Of a stretch of DNA of 47,320 nucleotides, positions 35,705-47,320 are shown piece after piece. The stretch is taken from NCBI RefSeq assembly GCF_001194135.2, contig NC_068992.1:45357500-45404819 (forward strand), read 5' to 3'. How positions within the stretch are numbered: position 1 is the first letter of the stretch; the number at the start of each line of letters is the position of its first letter. The notes beneath the pieces were generated by a model. That model searched no databases and had not been told where the DNA came from. It saw nothing but the letters and a program-made list of their open reading frames with translations. The position numbers and the translations under genes are program-made. Source of the DNA: Octopus bimaculoides (lineage: Eukaryota).

Positions 35705-38700
35705 CGCGCGTGTGTGTGTATGTATATAGGTTTATATANNNNNNNNNNNNNNNNNNNNNNNNNNNNNNNNNNNNNNNNNNNNNNNNNNNNNNNNNNNNNN
35801 NATATATATATATATATATACATATATATATCTTTATGTATAGTATATTGAAAGAAAGAGCTAGAAAGAGGGAGAGGGACAGAAAGAGAGAAGCAAAGAA
35901 AGAGAAAAGTAAGAATAATTTAGACCTTAGTAGGAGTTGAAAAATGTGGGAATTCTATCTACCGATCTATTTATCAACATACGCACACACACACACACAC
36001 ACACAAATATATATAACAGTGTAGTGAAGTCCAATACGGTCGTACTACAGGCATAGACAAGACTGGTGTAGATAACTCAAAGCAGATGACGATCGATCAG
36101 TAAACTTCATTGATCAATGTATTCAATACACTTTATCCCATATCGAATTCGACGGAAATTCCGGTAAGATAACTGCAACCATACAACTCCAGTATACTCC
36201 AAAAGATGCTGTGTATGTGATAATAAATCCCTGGGTGGAGGGAATGATATTGTCATTTTGGAGGGAATGTTGTCCTTCCTTCTTTGAATGAACTATGAAT
36301 ATATTCTTTAGTTTTGGGACACATGATAAATATATGATATACCTTATTTTTGTAGGGTGCTCACAGCTCAAATAGGTGTACGTTTTGAATAGGATTTGAC
36401 TGGTAGAGGATAGTCACACGACCGGTCTTTGAAAATTTTCTAGGTTCTCCGCTACGTCCGTGCATTACTATCAAGTGACAATATTTGGTGTTGTAAGTTA
36501 AGGCTGAAACGGCTGAGTGAACATCTAACAATTAATGCTCTGAATGTTTTCTTTGAAGTGTTTGTAGAGAATGAATTCGCGATTAATTTTATAACCCTTT
36601 GTACGTTTCCCGCAACAACCGTGCGTAGTGTCATGTGACAGTTTATTTTGCACCTAAAATAACTTTGTTTTCTATGTATCATTCACAGTCCGTAGTGTGT
36701 GAATAATATTCTTAATCTCAACATTTACTTACGCGCGACTAATTCGAGGCTTTGTCACTAATTCAGTTTTAAACCAAATTTGACGATGTTTACATTTTTA
36801 GATTGGTCACATCCTAAGCTACATTTTCAGCTACAAAATTTGAAAATTGCTTCGGTAGAAAAAAATTTCAGTAAAATATGTGAGGTCAAAAACGATTTTT
36901 AATAAATCTATATTTTATTTTAGCATATATGATAGATCTCGGTGAGAGGAATCTATCCACGTTACTTATATGCAAAAATATTCAGTAGACAAATTACTGA
37001 GAAAAAAAAAAGGAGATTAACGCTTAAAATCGACTTTGATTCCAAATATTATTCCTCTTTCAAAAGAAAACTATACATAAATTCAACTTTTCTGATAGAC
37101 CTCCACTACAGGAATCCGATGATGCCATTTATATGAAAGTCACTTGATTTGGGCACAGTATACTCCGGACACGATATGACATATATCCGCCTTTGCTACT
37201 ACAATTATCTCCGGAAAATACCCACAAGGATTATTTACATGGGTGTTTACTACTGGAATGAAGCTACACTCCAAGTACTGTTTCTTCTTTCTTTTTTCAG
37301 CGCAGTACTCTCACTTCCTACTACAACTATCCTCTTATAGATGTAATAATCCATTCGTCTACTATTTCTGTCTTCGATGAAGTGATACATTGGATTTTCC
37401 CTGAAACAGCTGTAAGACTTTATCCATAAAATATACTGCTAACTTTGCCATTATTGTCTTTATCCTTTTCTCTCTTTATACATACATACATATATATATA
37501 TTAATTCACAATTTTTATTAAAATTTCCTTTAAGTTATAACACTTATATACGAAGAAACAGAAAATGAAACAAAGAAAAACAAGTAAATAAAATAAGGAG
37601 TCAAGCAGCAGAAGATGGAAGGACAGTCGGCAATGTGCGACGTCTCCCAGGACAAATGGTGTGCTCAGCCGTGCCCTACGGTATTAAACACGATGGTGTT
37701 GCCGCTGCGAATGGCCAGTGACGCTGGACAAATTGATAACGGCCGGTCACACCCCTGTATTTATTGATTTATCTCTCCTCTGCGTTATAGGTGTTAACGT
37801 CCGGTTTTGCGAGACACTATATATCGTACATCTATATCCTATGGACAGATATACTTTAAATATATAATTTAGACAACATTAATTATATGATATTGCCTAG
37901 ATGACAACCATTAAATATATATGAAATATCTTGATTTACTAATCGTTACGATGACCATTCACCTTTTCAATATTTACTAAAAACTCCCGAGTACAATTTA
38001 TAGTATATCGCTAATTAAACTGAACGTCCATATCTCTAAAACGTGTGCAAAATTCAGAGAATGTTCTCGTACATTTTCTACTCCAATATTTGAGAATATT
38101 TTAATTTTTACCAAAACATGCTTTCTTTTCTTGTCTGTCACAGAAAACTTTGCACATTACTAATCTCTTTGGCAGAATTGATTCTACAACATAACTCTAC
38201 TACATCCGTTCTTGATTTTTCAAAAATTATAGGCCTTGAGTGATTTTAAATGCAACAGCAAGGTTTTATCTCGTAATTGCATGGCTATTCTGAGTTTATC
38301 GTAGTTTTACAGCCCACTGTATTACATATGTAAGCGCATTTGTATTTAATATGCAAAACACTCTGCTGAGGTTGTGGATCACGTGAGGAAGAAGCAAATT
38401 ACAGATACTGAAAGCATCGATTGACATCTCGAACGTGTCTGTAGGCCATGACATATTCAAATCTGATGAAATGAACGAACAAATAAGATTTATATATTAA
38501 ACTGTATTACCAGAAAGAGAGCTTGACAAGGCTATGACCAGAAACATACAGGCACTAAGTAGCGTTGATAAGTACACTTATCTCAGAAGTATAATAATAC
38601 CAAGTTAAATAGTGAAACCATTTGTTTAAGCAAAATTTTCTAATCAAATGTAAGGTTTAATTTTCCTCATTTACAGATGAGTGAATGATTGGCAGGGCAT

Positions 38701-40247
38701 ATACATACATAGCTCTATCTACACAGATGATTGCTGTTGTCAGACTTAAGTTTCTGAACAGTTATGTTCAAATCCTAGTTGTAACAATTTCACTTTCTTT
38801 TATGAAATATGATTGCCTCATCAAACCTTGAAATGGATTAATTTAAATGCTGATGTAATGAGCGTTGCGTGTAAGAAATTATCAATAGTAAGATAGAAGT
38901 TCAGCTCAAGAAATTAAGAATAACTTTCACAAATGTATTGAGATACATAGAGAAATGACAGCTGGATTTTTCTTTACAGGCTAGAGACTACTATGGGCAA
39001 ACGCTTCGGTATATAATCTCGTCAATGTAGTGTAGCTTAATAGCGCTTGCAGATCATTAAAGAGATTTCTACATATAAAAGAGTTGCGTACATTTTTGGC
39101 CAAAAGCAAATTGTATAAATATATACAAGATAGCAAATATCCAAGAAAAATAAAGGAAAAAGTAAATGACATGTATATGAACAATTAAGTTAAACTGTGA
39201 TGTGCTGATTACTGTAGATACTATATGCTTAATTTATAGAAGTCATTCTGTTAGTGAAAAGACAAAAAAAAAAAAAAAAAAAAAAAAAATTAGCGGCCCC
39301 TGCGCGGTCACACGATCTCGTAGAAAACCAAGAAAAAAAGACTCTGGATCAGGTAGTTCTACAAGTTGCTAATATGTAGGATAGTCACAGCAGGAATGAT
39401 ATTTTGGCCATTTGAATCATGACTGAACTGGCGCTTATCATCATCACCATTCATCTCCTCCACTTTCTCTCCCTCTTCCTCCACCTCCTCCCATCATCAT
39501 CATCATCATCATCATCATGTGATATATCATTCATCCTGTCTGACGTGTGAAGTTTTATTCTCAACTCTTCTAAACATGAAACCAAACATTTACTGTAATC
39601 AAAGTAGAGAGTTATTAGAAATAGTTTGGCCGCTATTTCTGGCATATGTATCAACAACATAGAACCTGTATGTTTTGGCTGTGTAACTTATAGTTGAAGA
39701 TGATTTAACTTTGAAAGTATTCAGAGAAACGCGACAAAGACAGCACACAGAAGATTATGTCATTAACCGAACAAGCAAGAAGACATCTATCACAATTGCT
39801 TACAAATTTCGAGCTCTGACAGAGACAGTAGTCAAATGTAGTTCTGGTAGTTATGTTAGCTAATAATATTGTCTATGGCTGTTAGTACAGCATAAAATGG
39901 TTTGCAATGCAGAACATATTTAAACATTAACCATTTGCAAGTAAAATATCCTCTTTTGTTTCCATTTCTAAACATTCAGCTAATATCGGGTCAAATATTT
40001 GAGTACGTGAAAAAATGGCAAGTAAGTCACACATTTACTGTGGCACTATCTCTGCCTACATTTTAATCTTTCACATTAACTTTACCTGGATAATTACATG
40101 CGCAAAAGATTTTATATAGCATTACAGTTCCATCCTTACCGAATTTTACCATACATTGACTTAACAGAACGACAAATATACTACACATTGGTAGTAGCCA
40201 TATATGTGCCAATATGTAGACTTTTTCTTTTTAAAGACGGGGAGGGG

Positions 40248-40327
40248 AGTTAGCACGCCGGGAGAAATACTTAACGGCTTTTCGTCCGTCTTTACGTTCT
40301 GCGTTCAAATTCCTCTAAGGTCGATAA
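40248..40327 (+). mobile_element. Truncated SINE family A running into a (GAT)/(AAT) repeat
   Basis: gttagcacgccgggagaaatacttaacgg...gcgttcaaattcctctaaggtcgata. Confidence 0.8.
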
Positions 40328-40491
40328 TGATGCTGATGATGGTGGTGATGATGATGAGGATTATGATAATAATAATAATAATAATTTTTATTATTACACC
40401 ACCTATTCTTTCCCTCATTATCTAGGTAGAAATCGTGGAACCATAAGAAGAGCTCATGCCTGAATCTCGGAATAACACCTCCTCACCATCC

Positions 40492-40493
<2 letters not shown>

Positions 40494-40548
<55 letters not shown>

Positions 40549-40663
40549 NNNNNNNNNNNNNNNNNNNNNNNNNNNNNNNNNNNNNNNNNNNNNNNNNNNN
40601 NNNNNNNNNNNNNNNNNNNNNNNNNNNNNNNNNNNNNNNNNNNNNNNNNNNNNNNNNNNNNNN

Positions 40664-40713
<50 letters not shown>
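40494..40713. repeat. (AG)n microsatellite spanning a gap
   Basis: Direct reading. Confidence 0.95.
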
Positions 40714-40718
<5 letters not shown>

Positions 40719-41322
40719 TAGTCGATGCCTATACGTGAGAGGGTACCGGAAGCTAGCTGTGCTACTAATATCAACGACACGCCAGGCAGAACATAGAACG
40801 CAGTATGAGGTCTTACATGAATTATGGCGAATAGAATGAGATACAGTTTTATCTTGGTAGACAATATCGATGTTTTACAATTTTCGTTTTTTCTCTTTTA
40901 TTTGGGATTAAGGTTTCAGTATTATGTATAATTATCAGTCAATATGTGTGTGCGCATGCACTTTTGGATGCATACGTGTAAGTAACATATGAATATGATA
41001 TACTACACACATATATAACTCCACTGTGTAAATGAGAGAGTCTGTATGCATGATTATGCGTATGTTACCGGAAGGCTCCGGAACAGTACGTGTTAGAGAG
41101 AAACGGATTTGATTTTCGAAATCTGTGTCCTAAGAAGAAGGGTTTCGGTCCTAATAATCAAAATATATAATTTTTTACGAGAAATAACTCAGCTTCCAGT
41201 TCACCAACGTTGAATGTCTTTAGAAGCTGTCATCATAAACTCATGATTTCCAGAGTGTGTGTGTATGTTTGTATAGATGCATGTATGTGTTGCGTTTTAT
41301 AACTGTTAGCGTGTATACGTGC

Positions 41323-41359
<37 letters not shown>

Positions 41360-41439
41360 TTTCTCGCTTTTCCCCTCTTTTCATATATTTACTCTATATG
41401 TATATCACTCACGCGTGCTGCTCCCACCGACTCCCCCCC

Positions 41440-41473
<34 letters not shown>

Positions 41474-41555
41474 TGTCACCTTAGGATCTTTGCTTCATCC
41501 ATGGTCAGCTTTACATTAGATGTTCAAGAGTATTAGTTTCTATTTCTATTTCAAG

Positions 41556-41710
41556 AGTACTCTCTTGTGGAGGTGCCTTTACCACTACGTTGATATCATA
41601 GACATCGATGTTTCACCATTTGTGTGGCTTATCACTATCACGTACTGGAATTGGATTGGCGATGAATGATATCGACTGTCTATGCGGTGTCATGCTCGGA
41701 CAATGGTTAC
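41556..41710 (+). other. Candidate 155-nt exon, possibly 5' UTR plus start (MFHHLCGLSLSRTGIGLAMNDIDCLCGVMLGQWL)
   Basis: tttctatttctatttcaag| acceptor and |gtaaga donor; no frame is open across the whole exon. Confidence 0.22.
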
Positions 41711-41781
41711 GTAAGAATAAATTCAAAAAGGAAATAAACGCAAGCGCAAGACTAATAAACATTATCGACAAAATATATTAT

Positions 41782-41815
<34 letters not shown>

Positions 41816-41944
41816 TATATTACACATATATCTGTACGTTTGCGCTTGCCTGTGTGTAGGTCTGTGTATTCTGCGTGAGCCAATCCCAAATATACCGTTC
41901 AGAGATGGTACGGTTCTTAGACGAATGATGATAATTATTATCTC

Positions 41945-42110
41945 TGACAAGACTGCAAATTAGGGGAGGATGATCGCCTGTTAAATGGATTCGAGTACCT
42001 GATTAGTACTTTATTTTTTCGAGATGAAAGGCAAAGTTAACTTCACGGGATTTGAACTCAGACCAAAATGATTTCACGCCACATTTTGCCCGTTGTTCAA
42101 CCAATTCACC
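41945..42110 (-). mobile_element. Degenerate SINE family A
   Basis: gatgaaaggcaaagttaac...ggatttgaactcaga...cattttgcccg is the reverse of the family A head and body. Confidence 0.7.
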
Positions 42111-43284
42111 CCTATCCACTATCAATGCAACTTATATTCTTCTTTGTCTTGAATAAATGTTGAGACAGCTGCCATCTAGTATTCTCAAAATAGTTAAGAG
42201 AAAAACAATTACTTCTGTCTTCTATAGGAGATGTTACTTAGTCCTATCTTTGCGCTGATTAAGCATCTATATTCTTTTATTCTTTTATCGTTTTAATTCA
42301 TTTTCTTTCGGCGTTGTTGTCACTTTATATCTAGAGATTGGCCAGTGAGTGAGTTTCACTGTTCCGACTTATTTAGAAGCCAGGGACAATATCATCCGTT
42401 AAAGTTGTTCTTCATTTAAGAAAGTAGCCTGAAATGTGAAAGAGATTTGTCTGTTGTCTTTGGTCGGCTGAGGAACAACTCAGAGGCTCCCTCATTAGCT
42501 GGATAAGCAGCTGGGATGTGTTTGTGTCATGACGTCATAAGTTTCTGCTTATGAAAAATGAGTTTCCATGCTGCTGTACAAGGCCACTTCTTTTTAGCGG
42601 TGGCGGTGGTGGAAGAGTACAGTATTTCATTGGTAGAATATATTATTGATACCAGAAAGGTAAAATTTTAAATTGATAAAGATGGGATTCAAGAACAGAA
42701 GGAAAAGGAATATAACTAAATACCAAAATTAATTATGAAATTATGAATTACTCTGTCAATTTTAGCAGCCTAGTGTTCTGCCATAGTAAATACAGAGTAT
42801 TGATGAAGCATCTAAGCGACATCAGCTATAGTGACTCAAATCTTCATAGATATTAAATCGTATTCGTCTAAAATAAAGGCTGCAACATAAAAAAAACACA
42901 TACCTCTCCCTACCCATCTATGGAATGGAAACCACTAAGTCAACAAGTTTCTGCGTAGCAAACAGTTACTAATTAATAAGCGCCAGTAATAACAAATCAT
43001 GGAGTCATACAAAAAGTTGTTTTCTCATCGTACACAAACGGAAAATAGTGCAAAAAGTATGATTATGATACGCCATGTGATATAGAGTTCACCCGCTGAA
43101 TCCAATAACATATCTCAGAGTGATGTCTTGGAAATTAGCACATTTGGCATTTTGTCTCTCGAATATTCTCGAAAGTAACAAGTATTATTAATATGCTTGT
43201 CACTTCGCTTCTTTCTAGACATACTCTTTGCACTACATACCTCCCCACTTCAGATATCTGTTTATTACCGTATAACTAATAATC

Positions 43285-43320
<36 letters not shown>

Positions 43321-43520
43321 NNNNNNNNNNNNNNNNNNNNNNNNNNNNNNNNNNNNNNNNNNNNNNNNNNNNNNNNNNNNNNNNNNNNNNNNNNNNNNNN
43401 NNNNNNNNNNNNNNNNNNNNNNNNNNNNNNNNNNNNNNNNNNNNNNNNNNNNNNNNNNNNNNNNNNNNNNNNNNNNNNNNNNNNNNNNNNNNNNNNNNNN
43501 NTGTGTGTGTGTGTGTGTGT

Positions 43521-43805
43521 GGAGGCGCAAGGACTCAGTGGTTAGGGCAGTGGACTCGCGGTCGTAGGATCGCCGTTTCGATTCCCAGACAGGGCGTTGT
43601 GAGTGTTTATTGAGTGAAAATACTTAAAGCTCCACGAGGCTCCAGCAGGGGGGGGGGGCTTGCTGTACACATTCACCATAACCTTCTCTCACTCTTTTCC
43701 CCGTTTCTGTTGTATCTGTATTTCAAAGGGCCAGCCTTTTCACACTCTGTTTCACGCTCAGTCTCCTCGAGAACTATGTTAAGGGTACACACGTGTCTGT
43801 GGAGT
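43521..43805 (+). mobile_element. SINE family B with intact tRNA head, 3'-truncated
   Basis: ggaggcgcaaggactcagtggttagggcagtggactcgcggtcgtaggatcgccgtttcgattcccagac...gtgtctgtggagt. Confidence 0.9.
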
Positions 43806-43924
43806 TAAATATCCTGTGACAGTTGACAGCAATATTTCCTGACACTTTTACAACCGCTCATCTTTTTACATCAAAGAGTTCAATATCAATAGAATTTGAT
43901 TTCAGAATGCTGCTGCATGGCCTT

Positions 43925-44101
43925 TTCCTGCACTAGTATTGTCAATCCTTAACGCTTGCTCCTGAGCTGCGCATGAGTGCTTCTGTCTCTATTTTCAGGT
44001 CATTCCTCTTCATCCTTAGCCACCGGTTCTCTGTATCTGTCTTGGCTTTCACCTCTCTTGCAAACTGACCGTACATTTTTTCTTTCCATGCTTTTTCTTC
44101 C

Positions 44102-44102
<1 letters not shown>
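43925..44102 (-). mobile_element. R4/Dong-clade non-LTR retrotransposon fragment (post-RT region)
   Basis: AWKEKMYGQFAREV...WLRMKRNDLKIETEALM, frameshift, AAQEQALR matches WxxKxxHGQF...WLxxxxLKxETExLIxAAQEQAL; abuts a (TAA)n tract. Confidence 0.75.
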
Positions 44103-44157
<55 letters not shown>

Positions 44158-44180
44158 ATTATTATTAACATTATTATCAT
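44103..44180. repeat. (TTA)n microsatellite
   Basis: Direct reading. Confidence 0.95.
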
Positions 44181-45505
44181 TATGAAAGTAGGATAAATTC
44201 AATTTGTTTTATTCCCCTATGAAATATGAAAAAAGACACGCTCCCAAACTCAATATTGTTGTAATCAAAAGAAATCTTGATTTATTTGATTGAATATAGC
44301 ANNNNNNNNNNNNNNNNNNNNNNNNNNNNNNNNNNNNNNNNNNNNNNNNNNNNNNNNNNNNNNNNNNNNNNNNNNNNNNNNNNNNNNNNNNNNNNNNNNN
44401 NNNNNNNNNNNNNNNNNNNNNNNNNNNNNNNNNNNNNNNNNNNNNNNNNNNNNNNNNNNNNNNNNNNNNNNNNNNNNNNNNNNNNNNNNNNNNNNNNNNN
44501 NNNNNNNNNNNNNNNNNNNNNNNNNNNNNNNNNNNNNNNNNNNNNNNNNNNNNNNNNNNNNNNNNNNNNNNNNNNNNNNNNNNNNNNNNNNNNNNNNNNN
44601 NNNNNNNNNNNNNNNNNNNNNNNNNNNNNNNNNNNNNNNNNNNNNNNNNNNNNNNNNNNNNNNNNNNNNNNNNNNNNNNNNNNNNNNNNNNNNNNNNNNN
44701 NNNNNNNNNNNNNNNNNNNNNNNNNNNNNNNNNNNNNNNNNNNNNNNNNNNNNNNNNNNNNNNNNNNNNNNNNNNNAAGAAAGACTTATTCGAAGAACAT
44801 TATAAGAACCGGCAGATAATCAGGAATATTTTTAAACTTCATATGGAACCCATTCATGAAATCCCGACTATTTTTCGAGCAATGGGGCAGTTATTCACAT
44901 GAAAGTCTTTCAATAATGGAGTCATTTATAGAAATCTTCGATTATATCCTTCTCTGGAAATTTCTATAGCATTCTACTTTTACCTACTTTTTCTCTTTTT
45001 TTTTACTATTCTCTGAAATATGTATTCACGCCATTTATGTAAATTATATTTAATAGTTCATAATTATTAAGTGTGTATGAGTGTAAGTCTACGTATGCAC
45101 GCATACACACAAGCACAACATTTATACACACACGTATATAAATAAACATGTAGCATAAACATACATATATGTTTCTATTTATAGAAATACGTGTGTATGA
45201 TTCTACATACAAATACCATATGTATACGTGAATATATATACGTTCAGACATATATAAGCTCACAAACGCACATATATACATATGTATACATGTGCGTACT
45301 CGTACATGAGTATGTAAATAGAAAATTATCTATCTTTCTGTGTATCTATTTAACTAACTATCTATCTGTCTGGCTGCCTGCCTGTTTGTGTGTCGGTCTA
45401 TCTATCTATCTTTGTATATATACATACATAATAATGTCCGTGTCTCGACACACACACACACACGCACATGCGCGCACACGCACAGATTCAGGTATAGATA
45501 GGTTA

Positions 45506-45541
<36 letters not shown>

Positions 45542-46164
45542 NNNNNNNNNNNNNNNNNNNNNNNNNNNNNNNNNNNNNNNNNNNNNNNNNNNNNNNNNNN
45601 NNNNNNNNNNNNNNNNNNNNNNNNNNNNNNNNNNNNNNNNNNNNNNNNNNNNNNNNNNNNNNNNNNNNNNNNNNNNNNNNNNNNNNNNNNNNNNNNNNNN
45701 NNNNNNNNNNNNNNNNNNNNNNNNNNNNNNNNNNNNNNNNNNNNNNNNNNNNNNNNNNNNNNNNNNNNNNNNNNNNNNNNNNNNNNNNNNNNNNNNNNNN
45801 NNNNNNNNNNNNNNNNNNNNNNNNNNNNNNNNNNNNNNNNNNNNNNNNNNNNNNNNNNNNNNNNNNNNNNNNNNNNNNNNNNNNNNNNNNNNNNNNNNNN
45901 NNNNNNNNNNNNNNNNNNNNNNNNNNNNNNNNNNNNNNNNNNNNNNNNNNNNNNNNNNNNNNNNNNNNNNNNNNNNNNNNNNNNNNNNNNNNNNNNNNNN
46001 NNNNNNNNNNNNNNNNNNNNNNNNNNNNNNNNNNNNNNNNNNNNNNNNNNNNNNNNNNNNNNNNNNNNNNNNNNNNNATCAGCATATATGTATGTGAGTG
46101 TGTGCGTGTGTGCAAAGAATGAGAGAGACACTTCTGCGCATATATGCTTATAAAAATATAGAGA

Positions 46165-46172
46165 GATATACG

Positions 46173-46247
<75 letters not shown>

Positions 46248-46420
46248 GTATATATATATATATAAAATCATGTATGTGTGTCTGGGTGTGCGTGCCTGCG
46301 TCTGATGTGTGTCTGTGTGTGTTTGTGTGCCTGTGTATCTGTGTGTATGAAGAGATAGACAAATAATAGAGACATAGACTGACAGAAAGAGGGATATGGA
46401 TGTGCATAGCAGTACATAGA

Positions 46421-46487
<67 letters not shown>

Positions 46488-46490
46488 GTG
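46165..46490. repeat. (CA)n, (TA)n and (TG)n microsatellite cluster
   Basis: Direct reading. Confidence 0.9.
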
Positions 46491-47118
46491 TAGTACCTAC
46501 ATGAATAGATATATCATGCGTTCGTAAGTGTGTAGTGATTGTGTTTCTGTGCGCGTGTATGTATTCAGTATATGTATTGTGCGCTATTATTGAGGTATAG
46601 TCAATGTTAAATTCTCTTTCATTTCTTCAACTGAATAGATTACTTTTGGAAAAATCTGTAAAACTTCGGTTATTCTTGTGAAAGCACTGCTTGAACCGAG
46701 CTATAGAAAGTATTAGCAACAACTTATAAAACACATGAATACTAATAACACTGAACAATAGCTGCACCCCCCATAAAAGGGATTTAGTGTGGGTGGTAGA
46801 GAAATTAAGAATTATTCTCAGTTAATTCACTACGAGTGAGATTTACTTTTTCAATTAGAACTTCTTTGGTAAGTAAGTAGCTCATAAGATATTGGAATAC
46901 ATATAAGTTTTAGGAATGGCATATATAAAAAGAGAAAGAAAATTAAGGTATTTAATTATATAGTACCTGTATGTATTATATGAATATTATCTATTTCAAT
47001 ATATACATATACAAACTCACGAATACACATACATACATGCATATATGCTTACATACATACACATATAAACACACATACATGCACACATATCTGTGCATGT
47101 ATATATGTACATGTATAC

Positions 47119-47153
<35 letters not shown>

Positions 47154-47320
47154 CTAATTTTTGTATAATTATGTATTGTTAATATACCAATACATAAAGA
47201 CGGGCCAGAGTTGAAGTGGTCAGCATGAGCTAGAATTCATCTTATAGTAAAAATGGATACATAAGGGACATATGGTATTGTTCCTGTGATTTTCCACCCT
47301 TATGTATCCATTTTTACTAT

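Overview
AT-rich eukaryotic genomic DNA, mostly intronic or intergenic, with many microsatellites and N gaps that usually sit inside simple repeats (short-read assembly). The tRNA-derived SINE families and repeat content resemble an octopus/coleoid cephalopod genome (inference from recognised sequence, no search run). No long intact ORF is present; the long ORFs in the track are N-gap or microsatellite artefacts. Supported content: three tRNA-derived SINE families in many copies, and decayed fragments of RTE (Rex3/Expander-like), L1/Tx1, R4/Dong and Penelope-like retroelements plus a Chapaev3-like transposase relic. Best findings: (1) an RTE LINE whose RT core is inverted relative to its 3' end, matching a twin-priming structure (19.06-20.19 kb); (2) a minimal type-I hammerhead ribozyme motif (27962-28004) inside a ~400-bp unit bounded by direct repeats; (3) a 57-nt hairpin whose two arm mismatches are G-U pairs only on the minus strand; (4) a solo tRNA-like unit with a Pol III terminator. 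Several short splice-flanked exon candidates exist, but no host gene could be identified.
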